NCBI GenBank assembly: GCA_964016885.1
Contig: CAXHJY010000453.1
Coordinates: 1 to 30,030, forward strand
Reading direction: 5' to 3'
DNA length: 30,030 nucleotides
Origin: Eledone cirrhosa
Taxonomy: Eukaryota
Under the pieces are notes generated by a model. That model searched no databases, was not told the DNA's origin, and saw only the letters and a program-made list of their open reading frames with translations. Each line of letters starts with the position of its first letter. The first letter of the stretch is position 1. A program made the translations under genes and the position numbers. Positions 11,650 to 23,984 of this stretch are shown here, one piece after another.

Positions 11650-11800
11650 TACCTTCATTTTGAAAATAACGAAATAATTGGAAAGATTTAATAACATAGC
11701 TTAACGTTTTTATTATTAAAAAAATGGTTCTAACAAAATTATGGTGGAATGTTTTAATATAAGTATAAAAACTTTAAACCAAGGATGTTTCATGTGATTT
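11650..11800. mobile_element. Remnant of MITE family 1
   Basis: ggttctaacaaaattatggtggaatgttttaat resembles the reverse complement of 23360-23395. Confidence 0.4.
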
Positions 11801-12120
11801 CATATGAAATGCGTTAAATGTTCACCTAACTATATATAGGTTTCAATATAATATATAATATATTGATCACTACAGTCGGCAGATGAAGCTCTATATAATT
11901 AACAAGTGTTTTGTTGGTTTACAATTCCCACTTCCAATTCTACTAAGGGTATATAACCTTGAGAGGTATTGAACAGTTTCCTACTTCATCCAATGTTTCT
12001 ATGCTACTATGGCTTGGACAAGTTATCACGTTGTGCTGAGTCAGTTATTTTGAGTAACTGCCCTCTTGTGAATAGTATGTATACATCTGGCTAGGAGTAT
12101 ATCTCTATATGTCTGAAGAG

Positions 12121-12300
12121 TTTCTCTGTCTCTTTCTCTCTCTCTCTTTCTCTCTCTTTCTCTTTCTCTCTTTCTCTGTTTCTTTCTCTTTCTCTGTTTC
12201 TCTTTCTCTGTTTCTCTTTCTCTGTTTCTCTTTCTCTGTTTCTCTTTCTCTGTTTCTCTTTCTCTGTTTCTCTTTCTCTGTTTCTCTTTCTCTCTCTCTC
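12121..12300. repeat. Compound pyrimidine microsatellite (TC/TTTCTC/TGTTTCTC)
   Basis: Directly visible; ~180 bp with no A. Confidence 0.95.
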
Positions 12301-12434
12301 TAATGATCTGTTTATAAGTATACCTATGTTTATGTGTGTTGATGTGAATGTTTATGGGTGTTGATGTGAATGTTTATATTTAAATCTTTTGTGTTTTCAT
12401 TTTTATACCTGCCTCTCCATCCCTGTGAGTTAGA

Positions 12435-13070
12435 CAGGTCTTCCCAGGACACATTTCTCCAAGTCAAGGAATGCAAGGTTCAGTTACTTAATTTTCGTTA
12501 TGAACTTCTGTAGTTATTTTTTTTAAGTACCTCATACTGGCATATGCCTAAACTACCTCATCTATACTAATTTTCTTTCTAATTAGTTGTACTGTACTTC
12601 TTTGCTACTTTTATAACTGGACCCACCAATTTGATACTTCTGTAATTCTTTCTAGATACTTCTGTAATTCTTTCCCTTGTAACAGTTGGTGATAATACTG
12701 CTGCACTAGTCATTGGATATGGCAGCTCCCTTTACTTCTTCAGTGTCAGTGATAAATATGACTTAATGGATATTTTCAGCATTTTAACAACTATTCCTGA
12801 TGGATCAGATATTTTTATCCTTAATCACTACTGTTGTTAATTTCAACAGCTGATCCCTCACGTCTACTTAAAATAGAGCCTCTCTCTCCCATATATTCTC
12901 TTCATTTAGCAATTTCACCTAATAAATTGTCCATACTTTCAGTTTTGGCAACAGTGGGAACAAGTGAGCTACTATCATCTGTACACTTTCCCCTAGTGAC
13001 ATGTTGCTTCATTCTAACTTACTGCTTTGCAATCCTGACAAGAAGAGACAATTTCTGATAGAGATATTTT
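12435..13070 (-). mobile_element. Old, degenerate RTE reverse-transcriptase fragment
   Basis: Co-linear with ~18460-19130: tttctccaagtcaaggaatgc~tttctcaagattgacgaatgc; cttgtaacagttggtgataatactgctgcac~tttgtagcagttaacaatgatgctgctgcac; attctcttcatttagcaat~attctcctcatttagtaat. Confidence 0.7.
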
Positions 13071-13231
13071 TACTGCATCTGATAATCATTTGTTTGAAGT
13101 TGGTTGGTGGAGTATGCATGGCGCTATGTTCCCACTTTGACTAGGTTGTTATTTAGTCACTTATTTGCCAGAAATTACTAATGTTAGTGGTTAGGTTGTA
13201 TTTATTATATTTGTAACTCTGGTGTGTGTTA

Positions 13232-13310
13232 TTACAGCTGGATGCCCTTCCTATCACAGACAACTTTACAGTAGGGACTAGGTGCCTTTTATCATGCCAC
13301 CTACACAAGA
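13232..13310 (-). mobile_element. RTE family A 3' UTR fragment
   Basis: tacagctggatgcccttcctatc...tttacagtagggactaggtgcc. Confidence 0.7.
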
Positions 13311-13519
13311 AATTGTCGACCTGAGTTGAAGCAGCATCTCTACATTTCAGTTTTTATTCAAGGTTTCTTCTCTCCTTGTCAGGTTGTATTGTGTACTGCA
13401 TATCAAAACCTTGTCTTCCCAATGGAAATGACTTGGCATAGCTAAGGACTGAGAATAGTGTTTAATAGCAGAAAGAAGGGAAAATATTTTGTATACACGA
13501 GTGTTAGCAGTAATAACAT

Positions 13520-13778
13520 ATCATTATCACTGTTTAACATCCAATTTTCATGCTAACATGGGTTAGACGAGTTGTCCCATTGTGAATCAAGTCAGATCAG
13601 GTGACAGTCTTGCTCATACAGAACTTTCTGGCTTGGTTTCTACAACTGGATACCCTTCCTAATGTCAACCATGTTTACAGTATGGACTGGGTGCTTATGG
13701 CACCAAAACAACCAACTGAAAGGTTTGACTGGATACTTTTTCATCATGTCACTAGCACAACCACCTTACACGGTGGAC
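13520..13778 (-). mobile_element. RTE family A 3' end
   Basis: Tail atcattatca, catgctaacatgggttagacg, ggtttctacaactggatacccttcctaa, and ~2 degenerate 48-bp units. Confidence 0.8.
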
Positions 13779-13807
13779 ACACACACACACACACACACAT
13801 AATTTTT

Positions 13808-13985
13808 TTCCTTACGTTTGCTTTTCATACTGGCAAAGGTTGTCTGAGTCAGTTATTCACTCCTAAATGGATTGAAGGGTGACATCTCACTCTATCATAC
13901 TTTCTATGGCTACATACCCTTCCTAACACCAACCACTTACTAAGTGAACTGAGTGCCTTTTGTGACACTAGCACAAGAGAGGTTG
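13808..13985 (-). mobile_element. Degenerate RTE family A-type 3' end
   Basis: tttctatggctacatacccttcctaacaccaaccactt...gagtgccttttgtgacac. Confidence 0.65.
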
Positions 13986-14134
13986 TTATATTTTGGTATG
14001 ACTAATATGTGTTATTGACCCTATGTTGTCTCCACTCATTCACCAACCACTTTACATCCCATGTAGTTAATTTCACACACACACCTTTACCAAAGGGGCA
14101 GGAGGATTCTTCAGCTGTGTCAAAGGCGTAACCT

Positions 14135-14280
14135 CCCTAGTGTTAGTGCCTGATAAAATGCATTTGTTATAGTGTGGGAACATGTGACGGGTCAGTACCT
14201 CTGCTTGAATATTGACTTGGTCTGTGACCCATCCAGCCCTTGCTAGTGGAGAAAACTGACGCTATATTGTGATAGTGACA
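14135..14280 (+). mobile_element. Degenerate RTE-type 3' end
   Basis: gtgcctgataaaatgca...gacccatccagcccttgctagtggagaaaactgacgctat...gtgatagtga. Confidence 0.5.
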
Positions 14281-15173
14281 TATATATGCACTGGGAAACA
14301 TATTTTTGTAAAATTTAGTTTCAGCAAAGGAAATAAAATACTTTTCATATAGCTAATCTTCAAGATATAGCTAAATAAATTACTAGCAATAATTCATTGA
14401 TCTCCATCTAATTTCATGATCTAAAAATAAAATACTGAACAGAAAATAGCTAGATAGAAAAGGCTTTAACAATAAAAAAAATATTATTCATACAATAAGC
14501 TTCAAGAAATAAGTAAATAGATTAATGACAATTTGCTGCTACTGAAGAAGAAATAATACAAATCAAATGACAATGATTTAGCTTACAGTAAATTAAGGCA
14601 TCTTGTTCAGCAAGAAAATATGGTTTTGTCTTGTCTCTCTAATTTCATATATATCATTCTCACTAGAAATCCATACCATTTATAACATTCTCTCTTTCCA
14701 GAGTTAGCAGCTGTAGATATAAAATTATTGGAATATTAGATTCTTGAATCATAATAAACCATCCTTCACTTTAAAGAATAAAAATATTGAAGCCATGCAA
14801 AGTATTATACACACTAAACTCCACTTTTACACAGCACAAAGTATTATACACAAACACTTTTACATAGCATACTCTAATAAAACTAATGAGGGGACTTTTG
14901 TGATCACTAAATCTGTTCGAAATAGTAATCAAATCTCCTTTCAATCACATCTTACCATTTTTTAGATGGTAAGAACAGACTGGACAATGTGGTTGTGGAT
15001 ATATGAAACCCCCTTTGATAAGTTCACTCAGTCAGGACAAACTTGGACCCTGTTGCAATACAGTTGCACTGTACCACAATTTCTTAAGGCTTTGATACTC
15101 CAATGTTTATATTAAACATAAACCTGACATTGACAGTAGCAGCAGCTAATGCTCTCAATTTGAGAGCTGACTA

Positions 15174-15428
15174 CTTCTTTTTCTTGGCCCACTTATTCCT
15201 GGGAGGGTCGTGGGAGAAATCCTCAAACACTCCTTCTAGTGGATCCTGTCAGAAGCAGCCATCTCCAAATGATCCAGCTGGATCCCCAGTGAGACAAACC
15301 AATCTCATGGATGTTATCCAGACATCTTGCACAGGGTCTACTTCTGGGTCTCTTACAGGTTGATTTTGCCTGTAAAATCTGTCCAGCGATTCTTTCCTGG
15401 GAGATTCTAACCACATACATGTAATATC
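15174..15428 (-). mobile_element. RTE family B 3' fragment
   Basis: Encodes VVRISQERIAGQILQAKSTCKRPRSRP. Homologous to 29355-29595. Confidence 0.8.
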
Positions 15429-15589
15429 AATTCAGAAGTACAGGCTTATATGAATTCTATACAATTAACAAATTCTAAGTAGCTCCATCATTGCTTTAGA
15501 TATTTTACTTTTTTGTATTTTTCGATGAAATTTAATTTCACTTTTTCTATAAAGAAAAGATTACTTTTGTAAATGTGTCTTTCTTTAAG

Positions 15590-15845
15590 TGGTTAAATTG
15601 GCAGTCATTAGTAGGATTAAATGCCTTGTATCCCTTTTATCACTGAAGCCTAGCTATATTAACCTTTGCCTTTCCTTTGGATTACACCTGTCGTGTAAAG
15701 AGCCAAGGCTTGGCTCCATGGGTGACAGCCAGTCTTTCACAAAAAGAAAAACTCATCTCCGGCTTGTGCCTAGGAGAAGAACTTTCCAAGTGCAGATTTC
15801 TAATCTATGCTCAGTCATACAATAACTGAAATGAGCCTCCCAACA
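15590..15845 (+). mobile_element. SINE family 2, degenerate copy
   Basis: gcctttcctttggattacac, catgggtgacagccagtctttc and ggcttgtgcctaggagaagaactttccaagtgc align with the reverse complement of 2940-3090. Confidence 0.6.
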
Positions 15846-16950
15846 TTTAAACTGTGTACAGATATGTGTTCCAGATTTAGTTATGACTAAAATATGTATC
15901 CTAGACCTCATTAGGGATATCCAGATATTATTCATGCCTATTGATACACATATCAACTTACAGCCATGTGTATAAATATGCATGCTTGAGTGTGCATGAA
16001 CTTGTGTATAAATTTGCCTGCATGTGTATAAATTTACATTTGCTCACATGTGTTGTGCTAGTTTTATACAGTATCTTTTAATTTATTTTTTTTTTTTTTT
16101 TTTTTTTTTAAAGAGACCTCTATCATAAGCAGCCACAACTAGTGTGGTACTGGGAGATGAACAGGACATAATTTCTTTTATAGATTAGCAGCTTCTATCA
16201 CAATATCCACAATGCCTGGGTGTATACTTGTGTGAATGCAGTGATATATTTGCGTTTTCACACACACATTCACTAACACATGCATATACGTATATTAATC
16301 CACATGTTCACAAGAATATATGCAGAAAGAGATGCATGCACACCCATGCACACATCAGCCTACAAAGACTTACAAGGATGAATAGGTAAATGAAGTCAAA
16401 CTGCCATATTGAAGATGCCTATACATAATTTTAGAAAATAATAGACACCAAGCTGTTATCACAGGAACAAATAGCATTTCAGCAACAGAATTTCTATTGA
16501 TCTATAATCAGCATAACATGAAAACTAAGTTAATTTTGTCTTAGAATTTATACTCAACCCTGCAATAAAAACAAAATGACCAATGATATATAGCATTAGG
16601 TCAACATCCTGGAGGTTATTTCTGTGTATTGAAGACTGTCACTTTATCTTGCATTGTTCATGTCGCCTAGATGTTATAACAAGGTAGCAGATCTGTGAAA
16701 GTTACTTGCTATATATTGATATCCAAGCTGTATTAAGTATTAGTGCATTTGCTGAATTTAATTTAGTCATCAATCTTTTAGATATTCATAAAACATCTAA
16801 AGGTTTCTTTAATTTTTTTTATTGGAAGCTAATTAGTTGTTTGTGCTAAACCACATCTATCATTCTTTGGAACATAATTTTTAGTAAACCTGGAGTTAGA
16901 CAAATTCAGTTAAATTACCTTGCCAAATGACACATCCTAACAGAATCAGA

Positions 16951-19900
16951 ATCACCATCATCACCGTTTTACATCCATTCTTCCACGCTAGCATGGGTTA
17001 GATGGGTTGTCCTGTTGTGGGCAGTTCTGGTCGGCTGACCTTGTCTTGCTCATACAGGAACTGATTTGGGCTTGATTTCTACAGCTGGATACCCTTCCTA
17101 ACACCAACCTCATTTAGAGTGAGTGCTGGGTGCTTTTTTTTTTCCGTGGTGTCTACACGTCCACTTAAGTGTGGGCTGGGTGCTTTTTTTGCCATGGCAC
17201 CTCCACAACCACTTTGCAGTGGGAGGGTGTGGGGGCATATTTATATACTTCAGCTACGACTTGTACTCATGGGAGGTTGGGTACTCTGTATTACTGCGTG
17301 ACGCCAGAGGTTACGGTCGTGTGTCATCGCCTTTGAGAGGTGTAATTGGGTAAGGTTGGCGTTTATCACCTCATCCCAGGTCTTCTTGGGTCTCCCCAAT
17401 CCGCGGTTTCCATTGACTTTTAGTGCTCTGCACCTTTTTATGCAGCTGTCATCCTTCATACGCTTCGCATGTCCATACCAATGCAACCGCCTCTCCTGCA
17501 CACAGCATTTGATTCCTCTTATGCTCAGTCTCTCTCTCAATTCATTTATGCTTTGCCGTTCGCGTATATTACTATTACACATCCATCGGAGCATGCAGGC
17601 TTTGTTTCTTTCTAATCTACGTAAGCCTTCCACCTTCAGCGCCCAGGTCTCACCACCATCTAACATTGCTGTTCGTATACACGCATCATACAGTCTGCCT
17701 TTCATTTTGAGGAAAAAGCCTTTTGCAGCTAGCAGTGGCAGTAGCTCCCTGAACTTCTTTCATCCCGTTCTTACCCTAGTTATTGTACTTTCTGAACACC
17801 CACGTCCGCTGCTAATTCAATCACCTAGGTAGCAAAAGCTGTCTACTGTTTCTACAGAGCCCTCCCAGAGATTGGTGGTACTTGTTTCCTGTGGCTGTTT
17901 GCTGCTTGCTGTCCCAGCACAGCTGCTACATGTGAAGCCTACATTTTTAATTAAGCTTCCTGAGATCCCGCTACATCTCTTGTGTACCCAGTGTTTGCAT
18001 TTGGGGCAGAGAATGGAGTTCCTACCTCCACCTTTCCTGCATACTGAGCAAGGCCATTTTCCTGAGGGGATCAGGGTTCTGTTTTCTCGTCTATTTACAA
18101 GCACCTTAGTCTTTGTCAGGTTGACTTTAAGACCCTTTATTTCTAGTCCCTGCTTCCAAGTTTGGAATTTCTTCTCTAGTTCTACCATAGATTCAGCTAT
18201 AAGTGCGAGGTCATCTGCATACAGGAGTTCCCATGGGCATCCGGTCTTAAACTCCGTTATTGCCTGCAATACTATAATGAACAGGAGAGGGCTAAGAACA
18301 GAGCCCTGGTGGACACCGACCTGTACGCTAAATTCCTCGCTATACTCATTGCTAATCCTAACTTTGCTGACTGCTCCCCTATACATGGCTTGTACAGCTC
18401 TAACAAGCCATTGATCTACTCCTAGTTTTCTAAGAGCCCACCAGATTATAGCACGTGGAACTCTGTCAAAGGCTTTCTCAAGATTGACGAATGCCAGGTA
18501 GAGCGGCTTACTTTTAGCTTGGTACTTTTCCTGTAACTGCCTCACAAGGAAAAGGGCATCAGTGGTGCCTCTTCCTGGTACAGACCCAAATTGCATCTCT
18601 TCTAGTTTCACCCGGTCCCTAATCAACTGTGCTATAACTCTTTCTTTTACTTTCATGACCTGGTCCATCAGCTTTATACCTCTATAGTTTCCTCCATCTA
18701 GTGCATCACCTTTACCTTTGTAGCAGTTAACAATGATGCTGCTGCACCAATCCTTTGGTATGACACCTAGTATTACCTGGTTAACAATACGTGTGGTTAT
18801 AGTGTGACCTACCGACCCAGATGCCTTCAGCATCCCAGCAGCTATACCCGATGGACCGGTTGTTTTCCCCATCTTCATATCTTTGATTGCCTTACTACGC
18901 TGCTGCTGACTTGTACTGCTGGCCCCTCTATAGGGTCTACTTGGGGAAGGGTCTCTTCTTCCCATGCATTCTCCTCATTTAGTAATCTATCATAATGGCT
19001 CTTCCATGTATCTTTCTTCTCAGCACTTGAGGGCAAGCTCACCTTTATCATTCTGGATACACTTCTCTCCAATGACATCACAATTCTCTCTGACACACTG
19101 CCTAGCAATCTTGAACACCTCCTGTTTCTGGTCTTCACGTTGCAAAATATGCTTGAATTTTCTATCCTCTGCTCCCCTCCTAGCTAAGTATACTTGTTGC
19201 CTAGCTTCCCTCCTGGTCTCTATGTAATGTACCCTGCTTCCCCCATTCTTCCATTCTTTCCATGCCTATCTCTTAGCCTTAACTGCCTCATCTACCTTAT
19301 TGTTCCACCACCAAGTCACTCTCCTCCTGCCTGTGGTCTTACTCCAGCCACAGATCTTATCTGTCGCCTCTAGTAAGTTATTTTTTAGGAATTCTCAGTG
19401 CTCTTCTACATTGAATGTCTCTATCTGTTCTTCTTTACTGTCGTAGGCGTTGAGTAAAATATCTTTAAATCTGTTACTGGCTGAGGGGGGGGGGGGGGGG
19501 GGGGGGGTCTTTCAGCTTCCAGATCTTCCTTCTCCAGATTGGCCTCTGTTTCCAGGTTTGTCTAGTTCTGAGCTTAGTTGTTAGTGATCTCGCGGTATGT
19601 TGGGAGGTACATTCCTCACTAGGGAAGGCTTTTGTGTTTACGACTGTCCATCTATCACGTCCTCTGATGAGGATAAAATCTATCTGACTAGAATGCTTCC
19701 CTGATCTATAGGTGATCAGGTGGTTGTCGGGTTTTTTGAAGTTTGTGTTACATATCGACATGTCATTGGCGTTGCACAATTCTAGAAGCCTGAATCCTTC
19801 TTCATTTCTTGTGCCAACCCCATGGCCTCCATGGACTCTATTGAAGCCATCAGTGTTAACCTACGTGTCCGTTAAAATCTCCTGCAATGATTAGGAAGTC

Positions 19901-20335
19901 ATTGTCGTTCGTTAGAGCAGTAGTGTGCATTAGGGACCCGTGAAACCTATCCTTAAGTTCGTCTGGCAACCCCGATTGGGGTGTGTAAGCTGATATTATT
20001 GTGGTAATTGTTTTATTCAGGACTAGTCTAAGTTTAATGATTCTTGCATTCACCCTGTTCACTGAGATTACTTTATCTACCCACTTGTCAGCTAGTAGAA
20101 TACCTACACTACCCAGCCCATCGTCATTTCCCACCCAGAAAATTTTGTAGCACTGACTTTTTCCTACAAGCAGACTCTCCTCTCCATCTAGTCTCTTGCA
20201 CACAGCATACATCAATTTCCTTTCGCTCTAGCATCTCTACGATTTCTCTTGCTCTTCCTTTCATTGTGCTTACATTGATGGTACCAACTCGGAGTTTTGT
20301 TCTCGAAATTGAGTGGTTGGTATTGCTTTTGACTT
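16951..20335 (-). mobile_element. Near full-length RTE-clade LINE (family A), inactivated
   Basis: Single APE-RT polyprotein in several frames, 3' UTR with 48-bp units and a (GAT/GGT) tail. No TSD or 5' UTR seen. Confidence 0.95.
17250..20300 (-). pseudogene. APE endonuclease / reverse transcriptase polyprotein with PHD-like finger, frameshifted
   Basis: APE motifs LRVGTINV, CCVQETRW, IAGDFNGHVG, SQIDFIL. RT motifs NYRGIKL, FVNLEKAFDRV, GVHQGSVLSPLLF, LLYADDL. C4HC3 finger, FCYLGD, RRLHWYGH and GRPKKTW. Multiple frameshifts. Confidence 0.92.
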
Positions 20336-20539
20336 GACCATTACAATATTAGATACAGCAATATTTATCTTAAGTCTCTGCTTTCAATATCTCAGTTCAC
20401 TTAGATGCATGTAAGTACCACATATGATTTCCAGCAGAAACATTTAAAAGGATTTCTTGACTTCTGTTGAGTTTTATTCACAAGAAAGTTAAGTTACCTG
20501 TGGTATACATCCTATTGAGGAAGAAATGCCTCGTCTGTT

Positions 20540-20800
20540 TAACCCCACACAAAGTATCATATATACCCTGACCCAAGAAACTATTAAAGCTTTTTAATTA
20601 AAGGTACTGCCTATGGTTTTCAAATAATTTTTTGAATAATCAAAAATCTCAAAGGATTTTGTAAAATAACATTTTCATTATTAATCTGGTATTAGAATTT
20701 AAACGTTCTTACATAAAATTATGACTGAAAGATTTTAGATAAATATAAACGCTTTAAAATAAATTAGGGGTAGTTTCAGACAATTTAGTATCTAAAAGAT
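20540..20800. mobile_element. Degenerate MITE family 1-related copy
   Basis: gttcttacataaaattatgactgaaagatttt is the approximate reverse complement of 23362-23392. Begins near ttaacccc. Confidence 0.5.
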
Positions 20801-21159
20801 GAAGCCCCAACTAGATTTTAAGTTCTGCTTTGTGGTATTTAATATGACAAATCTTTCTCTAAATGGGGCACTGGTAACATTCTCAAATCTAGTTAGGAAA
20901 TCCAAGACATTGTTCAATAAAGTACTCTCCTCAAATTCAATGCCTGCATGGGATTTAAACTTAAAAACTTTTAAGTTTGTTCAATATTAAGTCTACTCAG
21001 CCAAATTGCTTCCCTTGGCATCCCACTTTCCTGTCACTAGCATTGAATTATTTGAAGATAGGAACCCCACTCTCTAGTTTTTCTTTACTTAACTCTGGTA
21101 ATAGAGCAAATAAGAGCCACTTATTTGGTGAAAGTACAGCAAACTAACTGGAAATTGAC

Positions 21160-21425
21160 GTAGCCATACAGCTTAATAGGGTGTTGAGCTCACAATCATG
21201 GGTTCAGTTCCATGACAAAGCAGTTTATCATGTTCTTGAGCAAAATGTTTCAGTTTACATAGCTCTAGTCAACTCAGTTGAAAATGAGAACCATCTGCAG
21301 CTGAAGATAAACCATCTAATGGACTGGTCCAAATGAGAGGATGTATTGTACTCTGTCACTTAATGCCCATGGAACTGAGATAAACTCTACCTTAATGAGC
21401 TTCAAGGCTTGGGTCAAACTAATTT
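21160..21425 (+). mobile_element. tRNA-derived SINE, family 3 (CORE-like head, V-SINE-like 3' part)
   Basis: B-box-like ggttcagttcc; tgttcttgagcaaaa...gctctagtcaactcagttgaaaatgag, shared with the family 2 head; then atggactgg...atggaactgagataaactc...atgagc. Confidence 0.55.
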
Positions 21426-21751
21426 AATTTTTCAGCTTATAGTTTCTCAACTATCTTGAAATTCCATAAGCATTAAGTATAGAATTGTTTTAGTATTTCT
21501 AGATATTTATCCTAAGTGAATTTTGTCTATAAAAAAAAATCAGAACTAAAGCATTGGCAAAAGACTTTAAATTTCTTCACGACCAATTATCAAAGAGGAT
21601 TATAGTTTTAATACCCTGCAATGGCCGATACACATTTCCAACCCCCAGCAGGATTTGAACTCAGAACAAACGACATACTGTATACCATTAGCAAATCTTA
21701 TTTGGTAGAATGTCAACCAGCTGTAATAGCTTATTGAAAATTAATATGTAC

Positions 21752-22010
21752 ATCATCATCATTGCTGTTTAACATTTTTTTCTATGCTAGCAAGACTGGT
21801 TCTGGCTTGGTTTCTATGGTTGGATGCCCTTCCTAACACCAACTGCATTTACAGTGTGTACTGGGTGCTTTTTGTCATGAAACCTACATGACCACTTTAC
21901 AGTGTGGGCTATGTGCTTTTTGTCATGACTCATACCTGACCACTTTACAGTGTGGGCTGGGTGCTTTTTGTCACGTCACCTACATGACCACTTTGCAGTG
22001 TAGGTTGGGC
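21752..22010 (-). mobile_element. RTE family A 3' end with ~3.3 units of the 48-bp repeat
   Basis: (CAT) tail, ggatgcccttcctaacacc, and units starting at 21851, 21899, 21947 and 21995 (exact 48-bp period). Confidence 0.85.
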
Positions 22011-22279
22011 ATATAAAAGTAATCTTTTTACTTTGTTAGAGCCAGCTTCTTTTTTGTAGTATAAGAGACAGGTTGTTCCTTAATATTCTTATATTGTACA
22101 GTAGTTGAACCAACTCAGTCTGTTCAATAGAAATTTGACATAATCTAACAAATATTTACATGAACCATGTTATGCTAACAATGATATCTCCGTTTTCTTG
22201 TTAATGTTATTTCTATTCTCATTCTCAACTTTCTACATTCTGTTGTATTGTATATAGAGCTTAAACTAATAGTAATAAT

Positions 22280-22368
22280 TGTTTCTACTTTAGGCACAAA
22301 GCCAGCAATTACCCAGTGCATTACTGGTACTTTATTTTATCGACCCTGTAAGGATGAAAGGCAAAGTT
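22280..22368 (-). mobile_element. 5'-truncated SINE family 1 with 10-bp TSD
   Basis: tagtaataat at 22270-22279 and 22369-22378. Near-identical to 2493-2581. Confidence 0.88.
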
Positions 22369-23275
22369 TAGTAATAATGAAATAGTTTCACATACAATAG
22401 TCTTTAATATATTCATGCATACTGTTATTTGTCATTCATCTGTAAAAATAGCTTTGTTGCATTATTCTTTTTCCTTTTACCTGTCGTTGACATGGCAACA
22501 TCAGATTCTAACATTGACTACATATAAGCATAATTGAACATTTACTATTTCATGGATTCTTGAAATAAATTATTTATTCTCAATCCTTATTATACAAAAA
22601 AAAAAAAAAAACATTTCAACATGTTTGCAAGACACTGAAATGAGTCATAGAAATGTTGTTGCTATAATATATTTTTCATGCTCTTTTAAGAGTCCATATT
22701 GATTATTAATCTATAAAAATACTTTGGTTGCTCAATAAATTTGAAGTTTTTTCAGTGTTTTCAATTTTGTTCTTTCAAGTGATAAGCTGAAGACTTGTCA
22801 AGGAAATACTTATTTTTTATTTGATATTGCAATATGGGAAAATACTGCCAATGGCTACAGGTCTCTACTGGGGACAAAAATGTGGTTCTCTGCTTTTCTG
22901 ATAGCATGGGTGACAGATGAGTGTGGACTTGGTGCAGAAACCAACATTTCAAGGGATTTCAGTTGTAAAGCAACAGATTTTTTTATTTCCTTCTAATTAT
23001 TTGTCCTTCACTGAGATATATATATATATATATATATTATATAAACAGAAGATATAAATGCATATACATACATGTGTGTGGTGTGTGTACATGTGTGTAT
23101 ATGTTTATATGGTAGACTTCCAAATGAATAAGAGTATTAAGCCAAACACTACAGTAGAAAACACACAACCAGTATCACTCTGAGTGATTAAACCTGTAAC
23201 CATACAATCATACCTGTATGCAAATTTGTAGATAGGTAGGTGTTTTGTTATTAAATTACAAAATTATAGTTTACA

Positions 23276-23640
23276 TTAACCCTTTAGTTACAAAACTGGT
23301 CAAAACCAGTTCTGGTTCTATGAAATAAAACCACCCATTTTAAAGGTTTCCAATTTAAATTAAAATCTTCCAACATAATTTTATATAAGAACCTTACATT
23401 AAATTACTTAGTAATGAAATAATTAATTTTAGTAAATCCCTAAAAATTCATTAATTAATTAAAATCCTGCCGAGGTTAACTTTGCCTTTCATCCTTATGG
23501 GGTCGATAAAATAAAGTACCAGTAATACACTGGGTAATTGCTGGCCTTGTGCCAAAAGTAGAAACAATTAATTAATTAAAATATGCTAGCATGGAAGATG
23601 ATAGTGTATTTCATTAGATATGCTGTCATGAAAGGGTTAA
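23276..23640. mobile_element. piggyBac-like MITE family 1, interrupted by a SINE
   Basis: ttaacccttt...aaagggttaa termini with duplicated TTAA. Homologous to 1946-2168. Confidence 0.85.
23466..23566 (+). mobile_element. 5'-truncated SINE family 1 with 16-bp TSD
   Basis: attaattaattaaaat at 23450-23465 and 23567-23582. Confidence 0.88.
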
Positions 23641-23790
23641 TGCAACTTCAAATCAAAAGGATATCATCATTGTTTTTGATGATATTTTAGAAGTCTACCT
23701 GATTTCCATTACAGAAGTGAATCAGATATCTTCGAAAATACAGCATAACCAATTGTATATAATAAAATATATTTTATTATAAGATAATAA

Positions 23791-23974
23791 TTGTTTCTAC
23801 TTTTGGCACAAGGCCAGCAATTAACCAGTGTATTACTGGTACTTTATTTTATCGACCCCATAAGGATGAAAAGCAAAGTTAACCTCGGTGGGATTTGAAC
23901 TCAGAATGGTAAGGGCCGTAACTCTATGCGTCAAAGAATGGCGTCCGACCCTCTACCGATACTGCTAATCCACC
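23791..23974 (-). mobile_element. Full-length SINE family 1 with 10-bp TSD
   Basis: aagataataa at 23781-23790 and 23975-23984. B-box gagttcaaatcc on the minus strand. Confidence 0.9.
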
Positions 23975-23984
23975 AAGATAATAA

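Noticed and set aside
12109-12303. S/L/F-rich ORF
   Set aside because: Translation of a microsatellite.
12336-12674. Two short 22-bp-period tandem duplications (near 12336 and 12633)
   Set aside because: Ordinary slippage duplications with no further structure.
17356-18414. Long plus-strand ORFs (158 and 180 aa)
   Set aside because: Antisense shadows of the LINE ORF with no recognisable motifs.
20335-20540. LINE 5' UTR, 5' HDV-like ribozyme or TSD
   Set aside because: AT-rich sequence with no matching fold and no direct repeat with the 16930-16950 flank.
20790-20985. Reading frame open on both strands (minus: FKSHAGIEFEESTLLNNVLDFLTRFENV...)
   Set aside because: Short, lacks convincing splice sites and is not recognisable.
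22780-23055. Stop-free plus frame after a pyrimidine tract (DKLKTCQGNTYFLFDIAIWENT...)
   Set aside because: No strong splice donor, no recognisable family, and it runs into (AT)n; cannot be supported as an exon.
23880-23974. tRNA gene
   Set aside because: A/B boxes belong to a SINE head; no cloverleaf, and the element is bounded by TSDs.
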